Shown piece after piece: positions 51,094-61,202 of a DNA stretch of 64,000 nt. The stretch lies in NCBI GenBank assembly GCA_965248755.1, contig OZ252149.1:2560001-2624000 (forward strand), given 5' to 3'. The translations under genes and the position numbers were made by a program. The DNA comes from Candidatus Latescibacterota bacterium (GTDB lineage: Bacteria; Latescibacterota; CBDEFO01). The stretch's first letter is position 1; every line of letters begins with the position of its first letter. Below the pieces are notes generated by a model, which saw nothing but the letters and a program-made list of their open reading frames with translations, did no database searches and was not told the origin of the DNA.

Positions 51094-52071
51094 ATGTTAA
51101 ACAACCTGAAGGTCTTTTCCGGCAACAGCAATCCAGCTTTGGCTCAGGAGATATGTGACTATTTAGACATCCAGCCGGGCAAGATAAGCTTCAACAAATT
51201 TAGCAATGAAAACATCAAGGTTAAAATCGAAGAGAATGTCAGGGGAGACGACGTCTACGTGGTGCAGACGGCCTCGCCTCCTGTGAACGAGGGGCTTGTG
51301 GAACTTTTGATAATGGTAGATGCCCTTAAGTACGCATCGGCTGGCAGGATCACGGCTGTTCTGCCTTATTATTTCTACGGCAGATCCGATAAGAAGGATG
51401 AGCCGAGGATCTCCATCGCCGCGCGCCTTGTGGCAGATCTATTGGAGACAGCGGGGGCTGACCGGATCTTGACCATGACTTTGCACTCTCCTCAGATCGT
51501 AGGATTCTCCAGAATCCCGGTAGATCAGCTCCTTGCAACATCTTTGATATGCGGATATTTTGAGCGAAAGAACCTGGAGAACACCGTCGTAGTTGCCACT
51601 GACGTAGGACGAGCAAAGGAAGCGGAGATATACGCCAAGAGATTGCGGCTGGCGATGGCAATTATAGACAAAAGGAGATACGCCGACGATGAGAAGGCAC
51701 AGGCTGCAAATATCATAGGGGATGTAGAGGGCAAGAACGCCCTGATATTCGACGATGAGATCCTGTCGGGCGGCTCGATTATAGAAGCCGTCAGGATACT
51801 CAAGGAATACGGGGCTTTAAGTATCATGGCCGGATGCACGCACGGGATATTTTCAGGCGAGGCCGTGTCGAAGATAGAAGCCTCTCCCATTGAGGAGTTC
51901 GTGGTGACGAACACGTTGCCATTCCCGAAGGAGAAGAGAATACCCAAGATCAGGGTACTATCTGTAGCCAGGCTCTTTGGAAACGCTACAAAGGCGATTC
52001 ACCTGGGAGATTCCGTAAGCAAGCTGTTCGATGACGGATTCGGCTACGATCAGTTAAGTTTGGTGCTGTGA
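51094..52071 (+). CDS. prs: Ribose-phosphate pyrophosphokinase
   Basis: VRGDDVYVVQ, Y.RSDKK, DKRR, DDEILSGGS. Confidence 0.95.
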   Translation: MLNNLKVFSGNSNPALAQEICDYLDIQPGKISFNKFSNENIKVKIEENVRGDDVYVVQTASPPVNEGLVELLIMVDALKYASAGRITAVLPYYFYGRSDKKDEPRISIAARLVADLLETAGADRILTMTLHSPQIVGFSRIPVDQLLATSLICGYFERKNLENTVVVATDVGRAKEAEIYAKRLRLAMAIIDKRRYADDEKAQAANIIGDVEGKNALIFDDEILSGGSIIEAVRILKEYGALSIMAGCTHGIFSGEAVSKIEASPIEEFVVTNTLPFPKEKRIPKIRVLSVARLFGNATKAIHLGDSVSKLFDDGFGYDQLSLVL

Positions 52072-52096
52072 TTTTTGCTAATAATCGTTATCAAAT

Positions 52097-52882
52097 ATGA
52101 CTGAAGATAGAGATAACTATTCGGGTCACTGGTACAAAGATATCTTTGATCGGGATTACCTGAAGTATTGGCTTTCTGACGAGGTAAAAAGGAGATTAGA
52201 TCGGGAGGCTCCGAGAGAAGTCGCTTTCGTAGAACGGGCGCTTCAGCTTGAAGTGGGAAGCAAAGTTTTAGACTTGTGCTGCGGTCAGGGCAGACACGCG
52301 GTGGAGTTAGCCAAAAAGGACTACGATGTGGTGGGCGTCGATCTTTCTGCTAAGCTCCTACAGGAGGCTCGAAAGAGGGCACAAAGAGAAGGAGTATCCC
52401 TCCTCATAGAACGCAGCGACATGAGGGAGATTACCTACCAAGATGAGTTTGACGCCGTTATCAATATGTTCTCAGCGTTCGGCTATTTTGATAGCGATCA
52501 GGAGGATCTAAAGGTCATCGGAAAAGTCGCAAAGGCATTACGACCTGGCGGCAGTTTTCTCATCGACCTTATGAACAGGGACAGAGTTATCCGCGAGTTT
52601 AGACACAGGGATTGGCATCAGGCGGGAGAAAACAGCTGGGCTCTCCTCGAACGGAGTTGGGACACTCAAAAAGGAAAAGTCATCAGCAAGTTCACGATAG
52701 CCGAGCCCCACGAGGTCACACACTACGAAATAGATTTGAGGCTCTACACTTACACGGAGATCACGGACATGCTGCGGTCCTGTGGGCTTTCTCCTATAAA
52801 GTGTTACGGAGACTTCGAGAATGTACCATTCGACCTTGAGTCCAAAAGGATGATCGTCGTGGCAAAGAAGGTATGCTGCTAA
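52097..52882 (+). CDS. Class I SAM-dependent methyltransferase
   Basis: LDLCCGQGRH, DMRE, FSAFGYF. Confidence 0.9.
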   Translation: MTEDRDNYSGHWYKDIFDRDYLKYWLSDEVKRRLDREAPREVAFVERALQLEVGSKVLDLCCGQGRHAVELAKKDYDVVGVDLSAKLLQEARKRAQREGVSLLIERSDMREITYQDEFDAVINMFSAFGYFDSDQEDLKVIGKVAKALRPGGSFLIDLMNRDRVIREFRHRDWHQAGENSWALLERSWDTQKGKVISKFTIAEPHEVTHYEIDLRLYTYTEITDMLRSCGLSPIKCYGDFENVPFDLESKRMIVVAKKVCC

Positions 52883-55389
52883 TGTTCAAAGTGACCTCTA
52901 TATGCGTTGGTGTGACGGTGGTTCTCCTCGCTGCGAGAGTTATCGCGCTACCTCCCGAACGGCATCCAGTTCTCCTCTACGAAAAGGTCGATATTCCAGT
53001 CATCAGAGATAGAGTCGAAAGGGAGCCTTACGCCTCGTGGTGGGCTTGGATAAAGGGAAAGTCCGATGAAGCTCTCTCCAAATCGGCAGGCCAGTTGGGG
53101 GATGAAAGGCAAAAGACGAGGTTTGCAAAGGCATTGGCGTTCGCATATATGATTACACAGGATTCGACCTACGCTCAGAAAGCAATAGATGTTATGAAGG
53201 CTGTGAAGTTCCCTCCCAGAGGAGGTAACCTGGGTGAGCCACACGCCGAAGCAGAGGGGGCGGCTAACTATTTTGAGGCCTACGATATACTCTACAACTA
53301 TCTAAGAGGCGATTTGGACTCCGATGGGACTATAAGGGCGATAGCCGTTGAGGAGGCAGACAGGCTCTACGGAGGACTCTCTGTGACCCTGAGGGTGGGA
53401 TTATTCGATGTAAATATGCCTCTATGGCAGACTCCTCACAAGGACAACTGGCATATCAGGGCTTACTCAGCGCTCGGAATGGCGGCGATCGTTCTGTCGG
53501 AATACGAAGGAGCAGTTTCGACTCCCGAGCAATGGGCTGAAAGGGCCAGATCTGTGGTTATGCAGACTATGGATTATCAGATAGATGCAAATGGAGGATA
53601 CGCCGAGGGACCCTTCTACAGCCAATATGCAGCGGATATATATATGCCCTATCTGTTGGCTTTGAAGAGATTCTCAGGCGAGGACCTTTTGAATGATTCC
53701 AAGATCCACTCTATGCACGATTGGTCTTTGAATATAAGGTTGCCAGATGGATCGAGGCCAAACGTGGACGATGCGCATCTGTCGTATTTCTTCGGGAATT
53801 ACCTATCCTCAGTTTATCCGGACGGAGCCGTTCACGCCTGGGACTGGGGTAACGCAAAAGAGCTATATGCCGCCGACTTCTACAGGGTTGACGCAGTGGC
53901 TCTATATGACGACAGAGTCCAGCCTCGGGAGCCCAATCTTAACGCGACGGTTTTTATGCCAGAAGCTGGCGACGCTGTATTCAGAAGCGACTGGTCGAGG
54001 GACGCTATATATATGCTCTTAAGGGGAGAGCACGGAAAGGCAAGGACTAACGGTCTTTCACACGAGCACCCAGACGGCACCAGCTTTATCATCTTCGCTT
54101 ACGGAGAGATGTTAGCTCTGGACGCTGGATATATCGAGTTCGCACAGCACCACAAGGTTAACAAAGCGCTTAACCACAACCTCATCTTGGTCGATGGGAA
54201 GGGGCCTCCTCTAATCGAATTGTCGGGTAACGTCATAGAAGCAGGAGTGGATGCGACTATCAGTAACTTCTTCAGCACGAACTTCCTAGACTACGCGGAA
54301 GTGAAGGCAAGGTACCAGAACACGAATTTCGTAAGGAGCGTGTTCTTTGCGGACAATAAGTACTTCGTGATAATAGACGATATTGATGCTGGAGCGGCGC
54401 ATACGTACGAATGGCTTCTGCACGGCAACGGAGGCGGCACGAGTGCTGGGGAATTTGAATCCAGGGAGAAAGGCGGAAAGTGGAGGATGAGCGATGTGGA
54501 GCTTATAGCCTACATAGCTGCTCCTAACAATGCTCAGATGATCCTAGAGGAGGGAGGCACAGCCGGTGTTCACTCCTTCAGCTACAGGCAGGAGTTAACG
54601 CATACAGTCTTGAAGGCGAGGGCTTCGGGAGAAGATTTAAAATTTCTGAGCGTGCTCTATCCTAAAGCTGTAGATAGCGATGAGCCTGAGATCATCACAC
54701 TGAACGCAGATGGAGGAAGAGGAGTAAAGGTGAATGAAGATGCGATAGCGTACAAAAATAGGGACTCGGCGGGTTTAAGCTTACATAGTTTAAGTGCAGA
54801 CAACGATACCGTTCGGACAGACGGTGAAGCACTATTTGTTAAGTCGTCCCCGCGTTTTCTTTCTACATTCGAATTGTTCGACAGAAACTCCTTCCCAGCG
54901 TGGCTCGGCTGGGGATCTGTAGGTAGACTCAGCGTTCTGGGCGGCAGATTCCTGAAAGTTGGATCTGACAGTCTATTTAGTTCATCGGAGAAGATAACGC
55001 TTGCGCTCGATGCGAATGAGGGGGAATCCTCATTAGAGGGATATTTTAGCGGTGAAAATCCCTTCAGTCTAAAGTTGAGGACAACACTGGAACCCGATTC
55101 AGTCTATGCGAATGGCGCTCCCGTGGACTTTTCTCTCTCCTCTGAAAGTGACATCCTGATCTTTAATCTGCAGGGCCAGGGCACAATAAAGATAGTCCTC
55201 AGGCCTGTCGAGAGCGATTTCAACAGAGACCGTGATGTCGGTCTCGGAGATTTTGTACTGTTCCTCGACGCCTTCGGATCATCGGCCGGGACAACGAATT
55301 ATAGTCCCATATTTGATTTAGATGGAAATGATGAGGTCGGTCTCGGAGATTTTGTGATCTTTCTGGACGATTTTGGCAGCAGTGTATGA
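52882..55389 (+). CDS. Exported heparinase II/III-like polysaccharide lyase with dockerin/EF-hand-like tail
   Basis: Signal peptide, NW, YAEGPFY, FRSDW, HEHPD, HNLILVDG; DFNRDRDVGLGDF / DLDGNDEVGLGDF. Confidence 0.8.
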   Translation: MFKVTSICVGVTVVLLAARVIALPPERHPVLLYEKVDIPVIRDRVEREPYASWWAWIKGKSDEALSKSAGQLGDERQKTRFAKALAFAYMITQDSTYAQKAIDVMKAVKFPPRGGNLGEPHAEAEGAANYFEAYDILYNYLRGDLDSDGTIRAIAVEEADRLYGGLSVTLRVGLFDVNMPLWQTPHKDNWHIRAYSALGMAAIVLSEYEGAVSTPEQWAERARSVVMQTMDYQIDANGGYAEGPFYSQYAADIYMPYLLALKRFSGEDLLNDSKIHSMHDWSLNIRLPDGSRPNVDDAHLSYFFGNYLSSVYPDGAVHAWDWGNAKELYAADFYRVDAVALYDDRVQPREPNLNATVFMPEAGDAVFRSDWSRDAIYMLLRGEHGKARTNGLSHEHPDGTSFIIFAYGEMLALDAGYIEFAQHHKVNKALNHNLILVDGKGPPLIELSGNVIEAGVDATISNFFSTNFLDYAEVKARYQNTNFVRSVFFADNKYFVIIDDIDAGAAHTYEWLLHGNGGGTSAGEFESREKGGKWRMSDVELIAYIAAPNNAQMILEEGGTAGVHSFSYRQELTHTVLKARASGEDLKFLSVLYPKAVDSDEPEIITLNADGGRGVKVNEDAIAYKNRDSAGLSLHSLSADNDTVRTDGEALFVKSSPRFLSTFELFDRNSFPAWLGWGSVGRLSVLGGRFLKVGSDSLFSSSEKITLALDANEGESSLEGYFSGENPFSLKLRTTLEPDSVYANGAPVDFSLSSESDILIFNLQGQGTIKIVLRPVESDFNRDRDVGLGDFVLFLDAFGSSAGTTNYSPIFDLDGNDEVGLGDFVIFLDDFGSSV

Positions 55390-55550
55390 GTAACAAGTGA
55401 ACGGGGATGAGAGGAAGTGTCCCAATCTGCTGGACAGACAAGAATGTCTGTATTACCTGCGAGATTGTTTCGCTGTCCCCGATTTAACCCCCGATAGATT
55501 CAATCAGGGGGGGTCGTAATGACAGTATAGTAGGCTCGCAACGAAATTGC

Positions 55551-56006
55551 TTAGCTTCGACTCTTAGTCATTGCGAGAGGCTTATGACCCGAAGATAGAG
55601 CCTTGGGTATCCTGGGTTTGAGCCCATCTAAGCGGATCTGCACTATGTGTTTTTCCCATTCGGACTTCTGCTCGGTAAAGAGGCTCGACCTGATAGGAGC
55701 GTCGGAAAAGATCGTTCTCCAATCGGTATTTACCATCAGAGATTCTATCTCGTCAGGCGAACATCCTGAAGCGTAAAGCCCTCCCATCACACTGCCCATG
55801 CTGGTCCCAGCGATCATTTCTATGGTTACATTCTCCCTTTCTAGCGCTCTGAGCACACCTATCTGAGCGATGCCCCTTGCTCCCCCTCCACTTAACGCCA
55901 GACCGATTTTGGGTCTGTTTGATCCGGACTCGCCTTCGATCTGCCGTGTAAGAAGAGGGGCTGGAAGGAGGAGTAATGTGATAATTAGAGCTATCATCGT
56001 GTACAT
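55551..56006 (-). pseudogene. Patatin-like phospholipase, N-terminal part only
   Basis: LSGGGARG, GTSMG; ends in repeat-derived KPLAMT before any DGG motif. Confidence 0.8.
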
Positions 56007-56275
56007 TGTGTCCCTCGGCGATTTCAGAGTACTCGCATACAAATATATGACAAACTCAAAGATCAGTCGAGCCGCAAGATTCGTAATCTTTCTGTATCTT
56101 TGTATTTTTACTTTTACAGACTGAATTTAGATTCTTGACAAATCACGAAAAAACATTATCACTGCACCCATAGAAGTTGTCATCTGTTCCTAAGTCGCTA
56201 TCATCGTATAAAGAGGGTCCACATCAGTCATTTCCAGAAAGGACAGATCTGTCCTGCTTTTGATCTTTACTCTAT

Positions 56276-56455
56276 CCCGGATTTACCCGGCCAGGAGTAG
56301 GACAAAAATGCCTGCATCACCTCTGACGATACCCCCTTAACCCTTCCACCTAACTCCTGATTGTATTTCTCAATAAAGTAATCGACAAGGAAAAAGGGAA
56401 GGTCCTCGATATGCTCGCGTAGCGGCGGCAGGACGATAGGAACGACGTTAAGGCA
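56276..56455 (-). pseudogene. Internal fragment of a sigma-54 activator AAA+ domain
   Basis: LNVVPIVLPPLREHIEDLPFFLVDYFIEKYNQELGGRVKGVSSEVMQAFLSYSWPG. Confidence 0.85.
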
Positions 56456-56461
56456 TAAGAA

Positions 56462-58087
56462 CCGACATTCCCCATATCACATTCATGAGGGATTATATTT
56501 CGATACATTCTTGTTTCTGAATTAATATTACCACTTTTACATTTTTCAACAAGTACTTTTTTCAATTAAAATAGTATTTTCCTCTGAATTATCACTTTCT
56601 TTGTGTTTAAATCCTCCAATTAGAGACACCTCTCCATCGACTCACAAAAAAATGTGGCAGTTTAAACAGAATAACATCGCAATCGTTCAATCCGGGATAA
56701 TATTTCGGCAAATAACCTCTTGTCTATCCCAACCTCAGCCATTTGAAACGTAATATATCCGCTGTGTCTGACAATCTTCGCTCCGATTTTGATAAATTTC
56801 ACGAGGAGGCTGCGTAGTGACCAGTGTTTGATTTTCTTCGGAAGAACAAAACGTCGCAGGAAGTTGCCCAAGTTGTAAGCCAGAACAAACAGCCAGAGCC
56901 TCACCTGATTGGAGACGAAACGCTTGCATGAGAGTCGGGTCCAGTTCAGAGCATACTTGCCCTCCTTAATCCACTGCTCAGCTCTGCCACGGCCATTGTA
57001 GAAGTGTACCACGCCTTCTGGCTTGGCGCTCATGTTGGTCACGATAAATCCCACTCTTGGGAATAACTCCCCTTGGTGCCATTCAACCTTGGCGACCACT
57101 CGCCTCGATTGATCCCAACTGGCCGCTTTATATTGAAATTCATATAACGATACAATCGGTTTCCTCGGCGGTCGTCCAACTGGCCGAGTCAGCAGGTATC
57201 GTATCTTTTCATAGAGTATCTCATTTGCGGGAAGCCGAATGGCATACAAATAGCCGTTTCCCTCCAGATAATCATAAATCTCAGGCTTTGCGAATGCAGC
57301 ATCGCCTCGAAAGTATTTCCTATTCTTCTTGCTCTCGTATCTCTTGACGATCGGTTCCAGAACTTCCTTCCAACGATCAGCACTGTGAACATTACCAGAG
57401 CGAAGTAGGACTCCTTCACAATCCCCGAACTGATTGAAGCAGAACACTGGATGAAAACAGGTACATCCGAAATGACCGTTGTAAGCTGATCCTTCCTGCT
57501 GGCCATGTACCGGACTCTCCGAACTGTCCATGTCCAGAATGATTCGTTGATGCTGTGTTTTACTCATCGCTTTTTGAACCCACTTGCCATTGATATCTGA
57601 CAAGTTTCTGAGATTGTCATGCTGAGTCAGTATATCAGTTTCAAAACGTCCTATCGTGTTGGAGCTGGCAGCTTGCCTGCCTTTGTCCTTCTTTCCGGTA
57701 ATCGCTCGCATGACGGGATCAACGGATAATCGCTCGGCGTCATTTACATCTTCATATCCTGCAAGACGGCTGTATATCGATTGACGCAGGAGAGTAGATA
57801 TATCATGTTGGATATTACGGCCTGTGCGTTTATCGGTAAAAACCGCTGATACCGAATCAAATAATCCCAGTGCGTAATCAAGGTCACGATACGCAAGAAG
57901 TCCACCGTTTGATGTCACCTTTGCACCATGAAATTCAAGCTTTATTCCTCCATCAAAACCTACTTTCATTCTTTCACCCTCTGGATGATCAATATTTATC
58001 CGCCATTTATGAGTCTTATTTATTGTAATATAACATGTTCTGGCGACTTTGACAACCATTTTTCGGGTCTAATATGGCGAATGGGGG
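56462..58087 (-). mobile_element. IS1380-family element
   Basis: IRs CCCCCATTCGCCATATT / CCGACATTCCCCATATC around an intact transposase. Confidence 0.9.
56662..57969 (-). CDS. IS1380-family DDE transposase
   Basis: TSNGGLL, GYED.ND, LDMDS, RGDAAF, YNGRG.AEQWIKEGK. Confidence 0.95.
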   Translation of the reverse strand: MKVGFDGGIKLEFHGAKVTSNGGLLAYRDLDYALGLFDSVSAVFTDKRTGRNIQHDISTLLRQSIYSRLAGYEDVNDAERLSVDPVMRAITGKKDKGRQAASSNTIGRFETDILTQHDNLRNLSDINGKWVQKAMSKTQHQRIILDMDSSESPVHGQQEGSAYNGHFGCTCFHPVFCFNQFGDCEGVLLRSGNVHSADRWKEVLEPIVKRYESKKNRKYFRGDAAFAKPEIYDYLEGNGYLYAIRLPANEILYEKIRYLLTRPVGRPPRKPIVSLYEFQYKAASWDQSRRVVAKVEWHQGELFPRVGFIVTNMSAKPEGVVHFYNGRGRAEQWIKEGKYALNWTRLSCKRFVSNQVRLWLFVLAYNLGNFLRRFVLPKKIKHWSLRSLLVKFIKIGAKIVRHSGYITFQMAEVGIDKRLFAEILSRIERLRCYSV

Positions 58088-58329
58088 TCTATACTGTCTG
58101 CAAGATAGCTTTGGTGGCCCTTCTGTTCACTCTGGGCTTCGGCTGACAAGCAGACTGTTTTACTTCTACTTTCAGTCATAAAAGAGTCAAATGCCCGAAC
58201 CAGACTCATCCTACTGTTTACTTTCTATTGACTTATAGGAGATGCTTTTCTATATTGTTATTGATACGTATTGAACAGAAAAAACTTTAGGGCATATTCA
58301 AATTAAATTTATAAGGAGGGGAATGGGCA

Positions 58330-59508
58330 ATGATTACGCCTGTTATAATGCCAAAGTTGGGATTGACAATGGAGAAAGGGTCAGTGGCAGAGTGGCACGC
58401 AAAGGAGGGGGAAAGAATAGTAAAGGGCGAGCCGCTGTTTGTGGCGACGACCGATAAGGCGGATATGGAGATAGAGGCCCCGGCATCTGGTATTTTGAGG
58501 AAGATCCTCGTTGACATGGACGTGGATGTGCCGGTGACCGAGCATATCGCGATCATAGCGGACGAAGACGACGATATAAGCGAATATTTGAAGGGAGCAG
58601 AGCCCGCGAAAGTTGAACAGACAAAAGAGGTCGCAGAGCCCCCACAGACGACAGTCCAAGAGGAAAAGGCTCCCGCCAAGAGCCCAGGAGGAAGGATAAT
58701 TGCGTCTCCTGCGGCAAAGAGGGTCGCGAAGGAAAGAGGAATAGATCTTTCCCTTATAGAAGGCACAGGCCCCGGAGGAAGGATTACAACCGAAGACGTG
58801 GAGAGATTCTCCCCCGAAGAAGCAGTAAAGATAAAGGAGGAACTAGTCCCCTTAACGAGAATAGAGGGTGTAGCAGCCGAAAGATTAACGGAGGCATCGA
58901 GGGATATTCCCCACATCAATCTGTTTATGGACGTAAATTGCGAAAGCATAGTCCAGATAAGAGTGGATCTGAGCCAAAGGGGGATCTCTGCCTCCTACAA
59001 CGACATTATCGTCAAAGCCCTCGCCTCCACCCTGAGGGAGTTCCCAAGGGTCAATTCGATCCTGGAGGGGGTAAATATCAGGTTGCTCCCCGACATAAAT
59101 ATAGGTATTGCCACAGCGACCGATCAGGGCCTTATGGTTCCGGTCTTAAAAAATGCGGGCAGGCTGGACATTGCTGGGATAGCACAAGAGACCGCCAAGC
59201 TGACAGAGTCGGCAAGGAGCGGGACATTGAGCCTGGATGACATAAGCGGAGGCACTTTTACGATCACCAATTTGGGGATGTACGGCGTAAGCAGATTCAC
59301 AGCCATCATAAATCCCCCTCAGGTGGCTATCCTATCTGTGGGGGCTATAGTAAAAAGGGTGGTCGTAGTTGACGATAACACCTTTAAGATACAGCCGGCT
59401 ATGACTCTCAACCTGGTATGTGATCACAGGGTAATAGACGGAGCCTTAGGGGCTAAGTGTTTGAAGAAATTGAAGGAGACGTTAGAAACAGTAGACAGCG
59501 TACAGTAG
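58330..59508 (+). CDS. Dihydrolipoamide acyltransferase (E2, PdhC/AcoC-like)
   Basis: Lipoyl TDKA, ASPAAKR..GTGPGGRI, TFTITNLG, DHRVIDG. Confidence 0.95.
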   Translation: MITPVIMPKLGLTMEKGSVAEWHAKEGERIVKGEPLFVATTDKADMEIEAPASGILRKILVDMDVDVPVTEHIAIIADEDDDISEYLKGAEPAKVEQTKEVAEPPQTTVQEEKAPAKSPGGRIIASPAAKRVAKERGIDLSLIEGTGPGGRITTEDVERFSPEEAVKIKEELVPLTRIEGVAAERLTEASRDIPHINLFMDVNCESIVQIRVDLSQRGISASYNDIIVKALASTLREFPRVNSILEGVNIRLLPDINIGIATATDQGLMVPVLKNAGRLDIAGIAQETAKLTESARSGTLSLDDISGGTFTITNLGMYGVSRFTAIINPPQVAILSVGAIVKRVVVVDDNTFKIQPAMTLNLVCDHRVIDGALGAKCLKKLKETLETVDSVQ

Positions 59509-59637
59509 ACAGGGCACCTCCTCTCACACCACCAGATTGCTTCAGGGTGGATGCCCCTCTCCGATATGTCCCCCAGGAGCCAATCTCAAGTAGACTCCCT
59601 CTCCCTGTCTGCTGTCCACCTATGTATGGGGAAGGAG

Positions 59638-61083
59638 ATGAACCTTCACAGGGGAAAAATAGGAAATAGACTTGTCGTAACCTTTATATCCTTTGTGGCT
59701 TTGATCGTTGGTTTAAGCGGCTTTTTCCTTTACAGGACAGCAAGGAGGAATCTGGACGAGGAACTCGGGTGGAAGCTTATAGCTATTGCTCAGACAGTAG
59801 CCGTTCAGATAGATCCCGATGTCCTTTTGAGATTGGAACCCGGATACGAAAAGAGCCGCACCTACAGGAATATACTGCGAAAACTCCAGAGGACCAAAGA
59901 CGCTACGGATGTAAGAAAACTCTACATCTTCAACAGTAAGAACAGAGGCATTGTAGATAGCGATCCTGATGTTCCTATCGGGTATGAGTACGTGAGGCTC
60001 AAGTCCGACTTAAGGGAACTGAGGTCTGTATGGAGCGGAAAACCGGCTCACTCTGTCCTCTTTAAGGGAAACGACGGGAGGTTTTACAAGACAGGATACG
60101 CCCCTCTTATAGATGATAAACGCAAGACTGTAGCTGTCGTTGCGGTTCAGACGGGCGCGGCTTTTGTCCGGACTATAGAGAACTTCAAACGGAACGTCAT
60201 TATGTTCGGGACGATAGCCCTCGTTTTAGCGATAGTAATCGGTCTTTTTTTGTCCAGGACAATAACAGATCCGATAGACAGTCTTGTGGAAGCAGCAAGG
60301 AGGATCGGAAGCGGAGATATGGACACCCCCATTCTGGTTGGGTCTAAAGATGAGGTCGGATACCTGGCTTTGTCTATGGACAGAATGAGAAAAGATATAA
60401 CAGAAAGAGATAACAGACTCAAGATGATGCTGTCAGCGGTCGCTCACGAGATACGAAACCCTTTAGGAGGCATTGAGATATTTGCTGGTTTGATACAGGA
60501 CGAACTTGAAAACGGGTCGCAGGAACAGGAAAACGCAAAGAAGATAATAAAGGAATCAAGGAACCTCGACAGGATAATAACCGAGTTTTTGGATTTCGCC
60601 AGACCGTCCGAGCCTCAAAAGTCATCCGTATCGTTGAAATCGTTGATAGATGAAGCCTATTCACTAGTTTCAACTGAAATTGAGAACAAGAAGATAGATT
60701 TTAAGACTCAACTGAACGATGGCGAGGTCAATGTCTATGTTGATCCCGAACAGATCAAAAGGGCGCTGATAAACGTTTTCAAAAACGCAGTTCAGGCTAT
60801 GCCAAAGGGAGGCTGTGTGATCGTAAGAGGCGGTGCGACCACCCCGCATGAGATGAACGGGGAGTTCGCCTCTGTGCTCGTGGAGGACACAGGGCCGGGC
60901 ATACCCGAGAAGGATATCGAGAGGCTCTTTGAACCTTTCTTTACGACCAAGGAGAAGGGAGTTGGATTAGGGCTTTCGATAGTCAAAAAGACCATTCAGG
61001 ACAACGGCGGATCGATAGAAGCTCAAAATGGCTCAAAAGGAGCTATCTTTCGCATTGCTCTGCCGCTTTCTAAGAGATCATAG
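59638..61083 (+). CDS. HAMP-domain sensor histidine kinase
   Basis: 2 TM, HAMP, AHEIRNPL, NAVQA, DTGPG, FFTTK..GVGLGL. Confidence 0.95.
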   Translation: MNLHRGKIGNRLVVTFISFVALIVGLSGFFLYRTARRNLDEELGWKLIAIAQTVAVQIDPDVLLRLEPGYEKSRTYRNILRKLQRTKDATDVRKLYIFNSKNRGIVDSDPDVPIGYEYVRLKSDLRELRSVWSGKPAHSVLFKGNDGRFYKTGYAPLIDDKRKTVAVVAVQTGAAFVRTIENFKRNVIMFGTIALVLAIVIGLFLSRTITDPIDSLVEAARRIGSGDMDTPILVGSKDEVGYLALSMDRMRKDITERDNRLKMMLSAVAHEIRNPLGGIEIFAGLIQDELENGSQEQENAKKIIKESRNLDRIITEFLDFARPSEPQKSSVSLKSLIDEAYSLVSTEIENKKIDFKTQLNDGEVNVYVDPEQIKRALINVFKNAVQAMPKGGCVIVRGGATTPHEMNGEFASVLVEDTGPGIPEKDIERLFEPFFTTKEKGVGLGLSIVKKTIQDNGGSIEAQNGSKGAIFRIALPLSKRS

Positions 61084-61202
61084 AGCTAGGGGCTGGGTTT
61101 CCCAGTCCTTTGGCTAGGGCACTTCGTGCATTGCTGTCTGCGCCTCATCCTCCCTAACAAAAAGCACACACGGAACTCCCCCCTACAGACTGTCTAGTAA
61201 GT

